The notes under the pieces were generated by a model that saw only the letters and a list, made by a program, of their open reading frames with translations, searched no databases and was not told where the DNA came from. Shown here piece by piece: positions 40,310 to 48,814 of a stretch of DNA of 64,000 nucleotides (its first letter is position 1; every line of letters begins with the position of its first letter). The stretch is from NCBI GenBank assembly GCA_002457675.1, contig NTKK01000004.1:27666-91665 (forward strand). The letters run 5' to 3'. The position numbers were made by a program, and so were the translations under genes. The DNA comes from Bacteroidetes bacterium MED-G17 (GTDB taxonomy: Bacteria; Bacteroidota; Bacteroidia; NS11-12g; UBA9320).

Positions 40310-43170
40310 TCGCTAACCATTTCTTTTTCGTAAGCATCTATTGGCAAGCAACTGCAAATTAAATTTCGGTCTCCATATGTGTTATCTACTCTAGAAACAC
40401 TAGGCCAAAACTTTTTGTCAATTACGAAATTCGCAGGAAATACTGCCTCTTGTTTGGAATAAGGGAAATTCCAATCTTTAACCAAAGTTTTTACTGTATG
40501 TGGTGCATTTACTAGAGGATTGTTGTCACGAGGCCAAATATTCTTAGCAACTTTTTCTATTTCTTCACGAATAAGAATAAGACATTCGACAAACCTGTCC
40601 AATTCTTCTTTTGTCTCGCTTTCTGTTGGTTCAATCATCATTGTACCCGCCACAGGGAAAGATACAGTTGGTGCGTGAAAACCGTAATCCATCATACGTT
40701 TAGCAATATCTTCTACCTGTATATTATATTGTTTAAATCCTCTACAATCTATTATAAATTCATGTGCGGTAGTATTGTTTTTTCCCGTATACAAAATAGG
40801 GTAATGTGGGTCAAGACGGACTTTTAAGTAGTTTGCGTTAAGAATAGCCATCTCAGAGGCTTCTTTCAATCCATCTGAACCCATCATTTTGATGTAGGCG
40901 TAGCTAATAAGTAAAATACTTGTACTACCAAAAGGAGCACCTGCTATAGATCCAATGCCACTTTTTCCACCTGTTTGTACAAATTTATGTTTGGGCAAAA
41001 ATGGACTCAAATGTCTAGCCACTCCTATTGGGCCCATACCGGGGCCACCACCACCATGAGGGATGCAAAATGTTTTGTGCAGGTTTAAATGACAAACATC
41101 AGCTCCTATAGATCCAGGGCTTGTGAGTCCAACCTGTGCATTCATATTGGCACCATCCATGTAAACTTGCCCACCATTGTCATGTATAAGTTGCGTTATG
41201 TCTTTTATATTTTCCTCATACACACCAAAAGTGCTAGGATAGGTAATCATCAAAACAGCCAAATTGCTGGCATGCATAGTGGTTTTCTCAGTTAAGTCAT
41301 CCATATCTATGTAGCCGGTATCGGTACATTTAATCACCACTACTTTCATTCCCGCCATCACCGCGCTCGCAGGATTGGTTCCATGTGCAGATTCTGGGAC
41401 AAGCGCAATATTTCTATGTGTCTGCCCTTTATCCTTGAAATACTCTCTAATGACCATCAAGCCGGTATATTCTCCTTGTGCTCCACTATTGGGTTGAAAA
41501 CTAATTGAATCAAATCCTGTAATATCTGACAAATCTGCTTCCAAGTCTCTAAGAATTTCTGTATATCCAACATGCTGATCGGCAGGTGCAAATGGATGGA
41601 TTTGTCCAAATTTTGGCCAAGTTACAGGAATCATTTCTGTGGTGGCATTAAGCTTCATGGTGCAGCTTCCTAAAGAAATCATGGAATGTGTTAATGACAA
41701 ATCCTTATTTTCAAGCGATTTTATATACCTCAACATTTCATGTTCGGTATGGTATTTATTAAAAATAGGGTGTTGTAAAATTACATCCTTTCGTTGAAGT
41801 TTGGCTGGAATTGATTCTTCTGTCCATCTCCATTCTTGAACTTGCCAAGCAAAAACAGAACAAAATACTTCATATAATTTTAGAACATCTTCCTTGGTTG
41901 TGGTTTCATCCATGGAAATTCTTACTACATTTCCTGCGTAATAAAGGTTTATTTGATTTGCTTCTGCAGCTTTTCTTAATTGAACCACTTGTTCTGACTT
42001 CAACTGAACCTGAACGGTATCAAAAATCTCTTCAGTATTTGTTTCAAGTCCCTTTAGGTCTAGATTTATCTTGAAATTTTTAGCCAAATAATGTGTTTTC
42101 TCCGCGATACTTTTTAATGCTTTGGGTCCATGATATGTAGCATACATCCCAGCCATTACAGCCAGTAAAACTTGAGCGGTGCAAATATTACTAGTTGCTT
42201 TATCTTTTCTAATATGTTGTTCTCTTGTCTGTAGTGCCATTCGTAAGGCCTTTGCTCCTGCGGCATCTTTTGAAACACCAATAATTCTACCTGGAATTTG
42301 TCTTTTAAACTTATCAGAACTTGCAAAATATGCTGCATGTGGACCTCCAAAACCAAAGGGAATTCCAAATCTTTGAGTACTCCCAACGGCAATATCAAAA
42401 CCAATATCTTTTGGGCTTTTTAAAATACAAAGTGCTAGAATATCGGCGATACAAATGGATACTACATTATGTAATTTACATTTCTCTGTAATTTCATGAA
42501 AATCAGTAATACCTCCTGTAGCATTTGGGTATTGAACCAAAATTCCGCAATAGCTATTGTCTAAAGTTAATTTTTTATAATCACCAAAGACAAGTTCAAT
42601 GCCTAAAGGTTCTGAACGGGTGGTAACCACTTCCCTAGTCTGTTCAAAAATATTCTCATCTACGAAGAACTTTAATCTCTTATTTCTACTGTGCGTTCGA
42701 GCAGCTACCATCATTGCTTCAGCCGCAGCAGTTGATTCATCTAATAAAGACGCATTTGCAATTTCCATGCCTGTAAGGTCTGTTATCATCGTTTGATAAT
42801 TGAGGAGTGCTTCCAACCTACCTTGAGCAATTTCGGCCTGATAAGGCGTGTATTGCGTATACCATCCTGGGTTTTCGAGAATGTTCCTTAAAATGACCTT
42901 TGGTGTATAGTTGTTGTAATATCCCTGACCAATGAAAGATTTGTAGATAGTGTTTTTGTCAGCTATATCATGTAATTTTTGGAGTAGCGCCTCTTCGCTT
43001 AATGCATCACCTACAGCAAGTTTTTTATCAATAGAAATATTACTAGGAATTGTTGCATCAATTAGAGAAGAAGTTGATGAAAACCCTATTGCAGAAAGCA
43101 TTGAGTTTCGAGCACTTAAGTTATTACCCAAATGACGGTCTTTGAAGGTGTGGATGTTTTGCGTTTCCAA
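40306..43170 (-). CDS. gcvP: glycine dehydrogenase (decarboxylating), glycine-cleavage P protein (single-chain)
   Basis: 954 aa, full-length P-protein architecture. The PLP-lysine region ...CHLNLHKTFCIPHGGGGPGMGPIG... and N-terminal ...TPYQAEIAQGRLEALLNYQTM... are diagnostic. Confidence 0.95.
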   Translation of the reverse strand: METQNIHTFKDRHLGNNLSARNSMLSAIGFSSTSSLIDATIPSNISIDKKLAVGDALSEEALLQKLHDIADKNTIYKSFIGQGYYNNYTPKVILRNILENPGWYTQYTPYQAEIAQGRLEALLNYQTMITDLTGMEIANASLLDESTAAAEAMMVAARTHSRNKRLKFFVDENIFEQTREVVTTRSEPLGIELVFGDYKKLTLDNSYCGILVQYPNATGGITDFHEITEKCKLHNVVSICIADILALCILKSPKDIGFDIAVGSTQRFGIPFGFGGPHAAYFASSDKFKRQIPGRIIGVSKDAAGAKALRMALQTREQHIRKDKATSNICTAQVLLAVMAGMYATYHGPKALKSIAEKTHYLAKNFKINLDLKGLETNTEEIFDTVQVQLKSEQVVQLRKAAEANQINLYYAGNVVRISMDETTTKEDVLKLYEVFCSVFAWQVQEWRWTEESIPAKLQRKDVILQHPIFNKYHTEHEMLRYIKSLENKDLSLTHSMISLGSCTMKLNATTEMIPVTWPKFGQIHPFAPADQHVGYTEILRDLEADLSDITGFDSISFQPNSGAQGEYTGLMVIREYFKDKGQTHRNIALVPESAHGTNPASAVMAGMKVVVIKCTDTGYIDMDDLTEKTTMHASNLAVLMITYPSTFGVYEENIKDITQLIHDNGGQVYMDGANMNAQVGLTSPGSIGADVCHLNLHKTFCIPHGGGGPGMGPIGVARHLSPFLPKHKFVQTGGKSGIGSIAGAPFGSTSILLISYAYIKMMGSDGLKEASEMAILNANYLKVRLDPHYPILYTGKNNTTAHEFIIDCRGFKQYNIQVEDIAKRMMDYGFHAPTVSFPVAGTMMIEPTESETKEELDRFVECLILIREEIEKVAKNIWPRDNNPLVNAPHTVKTLVKDWNFPYSKQEAVFPANFVIDKKFWPSVSRVDNTYGDRNLICSCLPIDAYEKEMVSD

Positions 43171-43259
43171 AATTTTAAAGAATCCTACTGCGAAGATAAA
43201 AAGTGAGCTTAGTTATTTGTTTGCTTTGCGCAACGAAATGTATTTCTTTGTTTTAACAC

Positions 43260-44561
43260 ATGTTGTTTTTACAATCCCACAAACCACCTTTTTTTGACTC
43301 TGATGCAGAAATTTTTGGAATATTAATGGCTATTTTGGCATTTGTATTTTATACTTCAAATCAATCTAAAAGTCCATTCTGGTCTAAGTTTTACAAAATT
43401 GTTCCTGCGCTTTTAATGGCTTATTTATTGCCTGCTATACTTACTAGTTTCAATTTAATTTCTACCGAGTGGCATGTAATTGGAGAAGATGGTACAAAAA
43501 CCCTTAAAAAGTCAAATTTATATTTTGTAGCAACTAGGTTTCTATTGCCTGCTGCGTTATTCCTTATGACGCTAAGTATTGATTTTAAAGGACTTGTAAG
43601 GTTGGGTTGGAAACCATTGGTCATGTTTTTAACGGGAACTTTAGGGATAATCATCGGAGGGCCTTTGGCTATTGGGATTTTTTCCATTCTTTTTCCACAA
43701 ACGGTAGAAACAACAGGAGATCTCGCACTTTGGCGAGGATTTAGTACTTTAGCTGGTAGTTGGATAGGTGGAGGCGCCAATCAAACTGCAATGTTGGAAT
43801 TGTTTAAATATGACCAACAGAAATATGGCGCAATGCTTTTGGTTGATATTGTAGTAGCGAACATATGGATGGCCTTTTTATTATTTGGTATCGAAAGGCG
43901 AAAAAAAATAAATAAATGGCTCAAAGCAGATAACCGATCGGTAAATGAATTAATTAACAGAATGGAAGATTTTGGCCAAAAAGTTAAACGAGACTCAAAT
44001 CTTAGCGATTTTTTAATCATCTTAGGATTGGCCTTTTTTGGCACTTCAATGGCTCATTTTCTTGGTCAAACGTTGTCCAGTTTTTTTGGCTCGATAAAAT
44101 ATTTACAGAATTCCACACTAAGCAGTTCCTTTTTTTGGCTAGTGGTATTAAGTACTTCTTTTGGTTTGATGTTGTCGTTTACCAAAGCAAGAAATCTTGA
44201 AGGTGTTGGCGCTAGTAAATTTGGCTCTGTATTTATTTGGATTTTAGTTTCGATAATTGGAATGAAGATGGATATAAAACAAATTTTTGAAGAACCACAA
44301 CTCATAGCTATGGGAATTTTATGGATGGCTATACACGTAATCTTGTTGATTATCGTCGCACGTATTATTAGGGCACCATATTTTTTCTTGGCCGTAGGAA
44401 GTAAGGCAAACGTTGGTGGTGCAGCCTCCGCACCTGTTGTTGCTGCTGCTTTTCATCCTAGTTTGGCAACTGTTGGCGTTCTTTTAGCAGTTTTAGGTTA
44501 TGCATTGGGCACTTATGGCGCATTAATTTGTACCTACTTAATGCAATGGATTTCAAAATAA
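43260..44561 (+). CDS. polytopic membrane protein, possibly DUF819 family
   Basis: About 12 TM helices. C-terminal ...GSKANVGGAASAPVVAAAF... resembles the DUF819 signature from memory. Unverified. Confidence 0.5.
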   Translation: MLFLQSHKPPFFDSDAEIFGILMAILAFVFYTSNQSKSPFWSKFYKIVPALLMAYLLPAILTSFNLISTEWHVIGEDGTKTLKKSNLYFVATRFLLPAALFLMTLSIDFKGLVRLGWKPLVMFLTGTLGIIIGGPLAIGIFSILFPQTVETTGDLALWRGFSTLAGSWIGGGANQTAMLELFKYDQQKYGAMLLVDIVVANIWMAFLLFGIERRKKINKWLKADNRSVNELINRMEDFGQKVKRDSNLSDFLIILGLAFFGTSMAHFLGQTLSSFFGSIKYLQNSTLSSSFFWLVVLSTSFGLMLSFTKARNLEGVGASKFGSVFIWILVSIIGMKMDIKQIFEEPQLIAMGILWMAIHVILLIIVARIIRAPYFFLAVGSKANVGGAASAPVVAAAFHPSLATVGVLLAVLGYALGTYGALICTYLMQWISK

Positions 44562-44577
44562 AGACGTTTCAAACGTA

Positions 44578-45444
44578 ATGATGTACAAAAGGCTTTACTT
44601 CATCATTTTATTTTGTATACCTTCCTTTGTTAGAGCACAAATTGATTCGATTTATAAGGATTCTTTAGAAAATATTGAATATCAACTTGAAGGTCTTAGC
44701 TACAATATGCTAAATAGTTCAGATTTAGAGGAAAGGACGACAAGTAATTTATATTTTATTCTTACGCTTAAAAAGGCGTTGAGCATCCCACAGTCCTTTG
44801 ATTATGAATTTAATAAAATAAAAACGGTAAGCATTCTTAAATCTCCAGATAATCGTTTTAGACTATTTACATGGAATGTTATTTTAGACAGTTTTAAATA
44901 TGCCTATTATGGAGCAATTCAAATGCAAAAAGATGATAGTTTAATTTTACACGGCTTACTGGACAGTAGTGAATATAATAAACACCCTAAATATGTAGAA
45001 GTCGATAAAAAACATTGGATTGGAGCTGTTTATTATCAAATCCACCAAGTAACATACAAGAAAGAAAAATATTATATGCTTTTTGGCTGGGACGGTGAAG
45101 ATACCAAAATCAATAAAAAAATTGTAGATATTTTATGGTTTGATCAAAAAGAAAATCCACATTTTGGGAAGCCAATTTTTGAAATGATTGATGGAGAAAC
45201 CCAGCACCGTTTAATTTTTGAATTTGCAGATAGAGCCGTTATGCTTTGTCGTTATGATGCACGAGAAAAAAAACTTATTTATTCCCACCTTTCCCCCGTC
45301 AATCCTATGATGAAAGGATTACATTCGGAATACTATCCAGATGGCACTTATGACTATTTCGAGTTTCAAAAAGGAAAATGGTTTCAAAGAGAATTCGTGT
45401 TTAAAAATCGAGCAAAAAATTCTTTCAAATTGAGAAACAAATAG
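44578..45444 (+). CDS. hypothetical secreted protein
   Basis: Signal peptide MMYKRLYFIILFCIPSFVRAQ. No recognisable motif. Confidence 0.4.
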   Translation: MMYKRLYFIILFCIPSFVRAQIDSIYKDSLENIEYQLEGLSYNMLNSSDLEERTTSNLYFILTLKKALSIPQSFDYEFNKIKTVSILKSPDNRFRLFTWNVILDSFKYAYYGAIQMQKDDSLILHGLLDSSEYNKHPKYVEVDKKHWIGAVYYQIHQVTYKKEKYYMLFGWDGEDTKINKKIVDILWFDQKENPHFGKPIFEMIDGETQHRLIFEFADRAVMLCRYDAREKKLIYSHLSPVNPMMKGLHSEYYPDGTYDYFEFQKGKWFQREFVFKNRAKNSFKLRNK

Positions 45445-45445
45445 G

Positions 45446-46228
45446 ATGAATAGATATAATGAAATTAGGGCAATAAGTTACCAAAGGCATTTGGTTCCTC
45501 TGATGATGGAAAACTCTGCCCATGTGTTTATAGAATCTCTTTCAAGCATTAAGGCAAATAGTATAATGGACATTGCTTGTGGAACTGGCGTACTAACAAA
45601 TTTACTTGCCAACAATTTTCCGAAAGCAAGGATTGTCGGGACAGATATAAGCGAGGATATGCTTGCCTTGGCAAGAAAGCAATCTCAAAATACAAATGTT
45701 GCTTTTAAGCTATTGGATGCGCACATGTTGAAGGAAGTTGAAAAATTTGACCTTATAACTTGCCAATACGGCTATATGTTCTTTGAAGATTACACGGTAT
45801 TTTTAAGACGGGCAAAAGCATCACTTAAGCCACATGGCAAATTGGTTTTCAGCACTTGGGACTCACTTGAAAAAAATAATTTTTTTTATGAATTATGTTC
45901 CAAAATAAGTCAGCTGACACAAGCAGAATTTTTATCCGCACTTTCTGTGCCATTTGAATGCAATAAACCAGAAGAAATTGTAAATGATGTGCTGCAATGC
46001 TTTAATAATTGCACCTATAAAATTGTAGAAATTTCTTTAGGTAAAATGTCATTTGAAGACGTAGTTTCAGGTTTTATCGATGGTAATGTGCTATTTCAAG
46101 ATATAGAGCAAAACAACCCAAATGGATTCAAATTATTAAAAAGGATTTGTGCAAAACATCTTGCAGAAAAATTTTCTAGTTATTGGCAATCAGAAAAAGC
46201 ACTTGCTATTCAATTTGAAGCAAGTTGA
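45446..46228 (+). CDS. class I SAM-dependent methyltransferase
   Basis: Motif I MDIACGTGVLTNLLANNF; motif post-I ARIVGTDISEDMLALAR. 260 aa. Confidence 0.75.
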   Translation: MNRYNEIRAISYQRHLVPLMMENSAHVFIESLSSIKANSIMDIACGTGVLTNLLANNFPKARIVGTDISEDMLALARKQSQNTNVAFKLLDAHMLKEVEKFDLITCQYGYMFFEDYTVFLRRAKASLKPHGKLVFSTWDSLEKNNFFYELCSKISQLTQAEFLSALSVPFECNKPEEIVNDVLQCFNNCTYKIVEISLGKMSFEDVVSGFIDGNVLFQDIEQNNPNGFKLLKRICAKHLAEKFSSYWQSEKALAIQFEAS

Positions 46229-48282
46229 GTGTCGATTAGTTCTTTGTATGATTTAAGAAGGAAAGCCCCGAGATTTTTATTTGGAGCCACATATTCTTCA
46301 AACATTGTTTGCGCTTTTTTATTGGAAATATTCCTTTTTAATTCATTCCAAAACAGAGACCATTCAAGATCTTTTCCAAGCCTAATCCACTCACTCAATC
46401 TTAAACTAATCTGATTGTTTATGAGGTAAGTACCAACTTGTCTAGAGCTTATTATGTGAGCATTAGGGCTTCTTAATAAAACTTTGGATATATTATTGTA
46501 GCCACCACATGATCCTAAGAATACCAATTTTGCGTTAGGCGTTATGGAAGTTATAGCAATGTTTGCATAATAACTGTGTCCCCGATGTACGACTACATTT
46601 GGAAATTTTCCTGTTTTTCTAAAAATTTTCTCAATTGCTAATTGGCCCTCATATTCATATTTATTTTTATTGGCATATATCGTTACTTTCTTCCCAGAAG
46701 TACTTTTAATCCTTACATAAGTTTTAAAATCTTCAATTTTCCATTTTGTATGATTGAAGCTATGTAAAAATGTAGCAAACGAAGTCACACCATCTGCATC
46801 ATCATAAAAGAAATGTTGTTGAATATGCTCTTTCCCATCATGCACATCCTTCCAAAGTAGATTTTCTACACCAATTTGTTGCAAATCGTTTTCCATAACC
46901 GTTGAATGCTTGATTTTGGTAATATGAAGAATCAATTCATATAGCTTCTTGTCCCAATATTGTAAGCGAACATCCTTCGCTGCGTGAAGTAAAGCGTTCG
47001 CAAAAAGCTCTTTATTGGCTGAATTCCGTAAACTAGTATAGGTATTGACAACCGTAACAGCATGCTTTAAATCGCCACTCTTTTTTGACAACCCTTGAAA
47101 TAAGTGTTTAAACATGACTTTTTTCTCCCAAGTTGTCATATTGTCAACGAAAGCATTAAAAACATTATAATTTGCGCATATCTTCAACCACGTACTCAAT
47201 TTATTCAATCCTAAATTGTGGACAAATTCAAAGTTTGATTCTTCATTTATTTTTGGCAATAAACGCGCAAAAAGCCCTAAGAAGGTAGAAGTGAAAATTT
47301 CCTCCTCACCGTATACAGCTAAAGTATAGAGCGCTCTGGCATTCATAGTTTCAAATGGTTTAAACCGTATTTGATCTGAACGATCATGGAGGTCATTAAC
47401 TTTTCTAATAATTCTTAAACTCTGTAGTTTTAACTCTTCATCAATTGAATTGGATGCATACACCTTTGGGTAGTATCGCAAATGGACCAATCTGTTAAAT
47501 AATTTTTTTGAATCAACGCTTATTGCATGTGCATCTTTTATATCATAACGATTGTTTATAATGTCGTCAAGCAAAAGATAAGTTCTTGTTTCCGAACCAT
47601 AAGATTTAAAAATTTCCCTAATGGCTCTTGCTGCCGGTGTTTGCAGCTTATCAAAAACCATACGCACTTTATTTTGGCTACCTAAATATCCTTTAAGGTG
47701 CGTAGGACTTTCATCTGCCATTTTTGCAATAAATGCATGAGACCAAGATTTATTCGCCATCTTTCCAAATTGTCGAAGTGTTTCAAATGGAAATTTTTCT
47801 GAAGCTGCAAAAATGACATCTTGAGAATAAGGTTCTTCAAGAAAAAACGGAATCAGCCTTAAAGCCAAGTTTGGCATGCTTTTTAACACCAATGAGGCTC
47901 TTTCTTCGGAATATCGTTGTACTTTCATTACCATTTCAATATCAGCAAGGTAAATATTGTACATCGGATATCTCTCTTTAGAAATACTTTGATACCAAGA
48001 CAGTAAATGCTTTAGTTGCAAAATTTGCAGTTGGAGGTTTTTCAGTTTTTTAATATCTGCTATAACAATATTTGGATAAGTTATATAAGCTCTAGAGGAT
48101 CTTTCTGTTTGGATGGTTGTTTTATGGGCAGTTTTTTCGTCAAGTACACCATCATAAGCATCTAACCTGATTTGCTCATTTTTTATTGATTCGAGTAAAT
48201 CCTGAATATTTTGAGCACGCACATGGATGGATAAAGAAGTGAAAAATGAAAGGAATAAGAAATGGATTATTCTAATCCTCAT
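46210..48282 (-). CDS. large secreted hypothetical protein with a caspase-like His/Cys motif near the C-terminus
   Basis: Signal peptide MRIRIIHFLFLSFFTSLSIHVRAQ. Near the C-terminus: ...NVVVHRGHSYYANIAITSITPNAKLVFLGSCGGYNN.... This is a hydrophobic strand plus H-G, followed about 25 aa later by a hydrophobic strand plus G-S-C-G, the arrangement seen in clan CD (caspase/gingipain-like) peptidases. Confidence 0.5.
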   Translation of the reverse strand: MRIRIIHFLFLSFFTSLSIHVRAQNIQDLLESIKNEQIRLDAYDGVLDEKTAHKTTIQTERSSRAYITYPNIVIADIKKLKNLQLQILQLKHLLSWYQSISKERYPMYNIYLADIEMVMKVQRYSEERASLVLKSMPNLALRLIPFFLEEPYSQDVIFAASEKFPFETLRQFGKMANKSWSHAFIAKMADESPTHLKGYLGSQNKVRMVFDKLQTPAARAIREIFKSYGSETRTYLLLDDIINNRYDIKDAHAISVDSKKLFNRLVHLRYYPKVYASNSIDEELKLQSLRIIRKVNDLHDRSDQIRFKPFETMNARALYTLAVYGEEEIFTSTFLGLFARLLPKINEESNFEFVHNLGLNKLSTWLKICANYNVFNAFVDNMTTWEKKVMFKHLFQGLSKKSGDLKHAVTVVNTYTSLRNSANKELFANALLHAAKDVRLQYWDKKLYELILHITKIKHSTVMENDLQQIGVENLLWKDVHDGKEHIQQHFFYDDADGVTSFATFLHSFNHTKWKIEDFKTYVRIKSTSGKKVTIYANKNKYEYEGQLAIEKIFRKTGKFPNVVVHRGHSYYANIAITSITPNAKLVFLGSCGGYNNISKVLLRSPNAHIISSRQVGTYLINNQISLRLSEWIRLGKDLEWSLFWNELKRNISNKKAQTMFEEYVAPNKNLGAFLLKSYKELIDTQLASN

Positions 48283-48806
48283 GGTATTTGATTACAAATA
48301 TGATACATCGCAATAGATGCGGCTATTGATACATTAAAAGAATGTTTTGTGCCATATTGAGGAATCTCGATGTGGGTGGCACATAAATCTAAAACATCTT
48401 CAGAAATTCCGGAGACTTCATTACCGACTACCAGAAGTAATCGACTATTTTCTAAGTACTTAAAGCTTTGTAAATCAATGCTTGAATAAGTTTGTTCTAA
48501 AGCTAAAATTTGATAGCTGCTTTTTAGATGTTCCAACAATAGTCTAGTATCTGGATGATAACTCCACTTCACCGATTCCTCAGCCCCAATCGCAGCTTTT
48601 CTAATTTCACGATGCGGTGGCTTCCCTGTGATACCACATAAGAAAATTTCTTCTATTGCTAAACCGTCAGCCGTTCTAAATATTGAGCCAATATTGTGTA
48701 AGCTTCGAACATTATCCAATAAAACCGACAAAGGTCTTTTTCTCATTAATTTAAATTTGTCAAGTGTAGGCCTTTTCATGTCAATATATTTTTTTTGATG
48801 TGTCAT
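48279..48806 (-). CDS. SpoU/TrmH-family RNA 2'-O-methyltransferase
   Basis: SPOUT motifs VLLDNVRSLHNIGSIFRTADG, LLLVVGNEVSGIS and the C-terminal FNVSIAASIAMY. Confidence 0.75.
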   Translation of the reverse strand: MTHQKKYIDMKRPTLDKFKLMRKRPLSVLLDNVRSLHNIGSIFRTADGLAIEEIFLCGITGKPPHREIRKAAIGAEESVKWSYHPDTRLLLEHLKSSYQILALEQTYSSIDLQSFKYLENSRLLLVVGNEVSGISEDVLDLCATHIEIPQYGTKHSFNVSIAASIAMYHICNQIP

Positions 48807-48814
48807 GTTAAAAG

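Noticed and set aside
43171-43259. Possible glycine riboswitch in the gcvP leader
   Set aside because: The 89-nt divergent intergenic region is too short for the aptamer. Read on the gcvP strand it lacks the conserved GGAGAG / CACCG elements; only a small TTGCGCAA palindrome is present.
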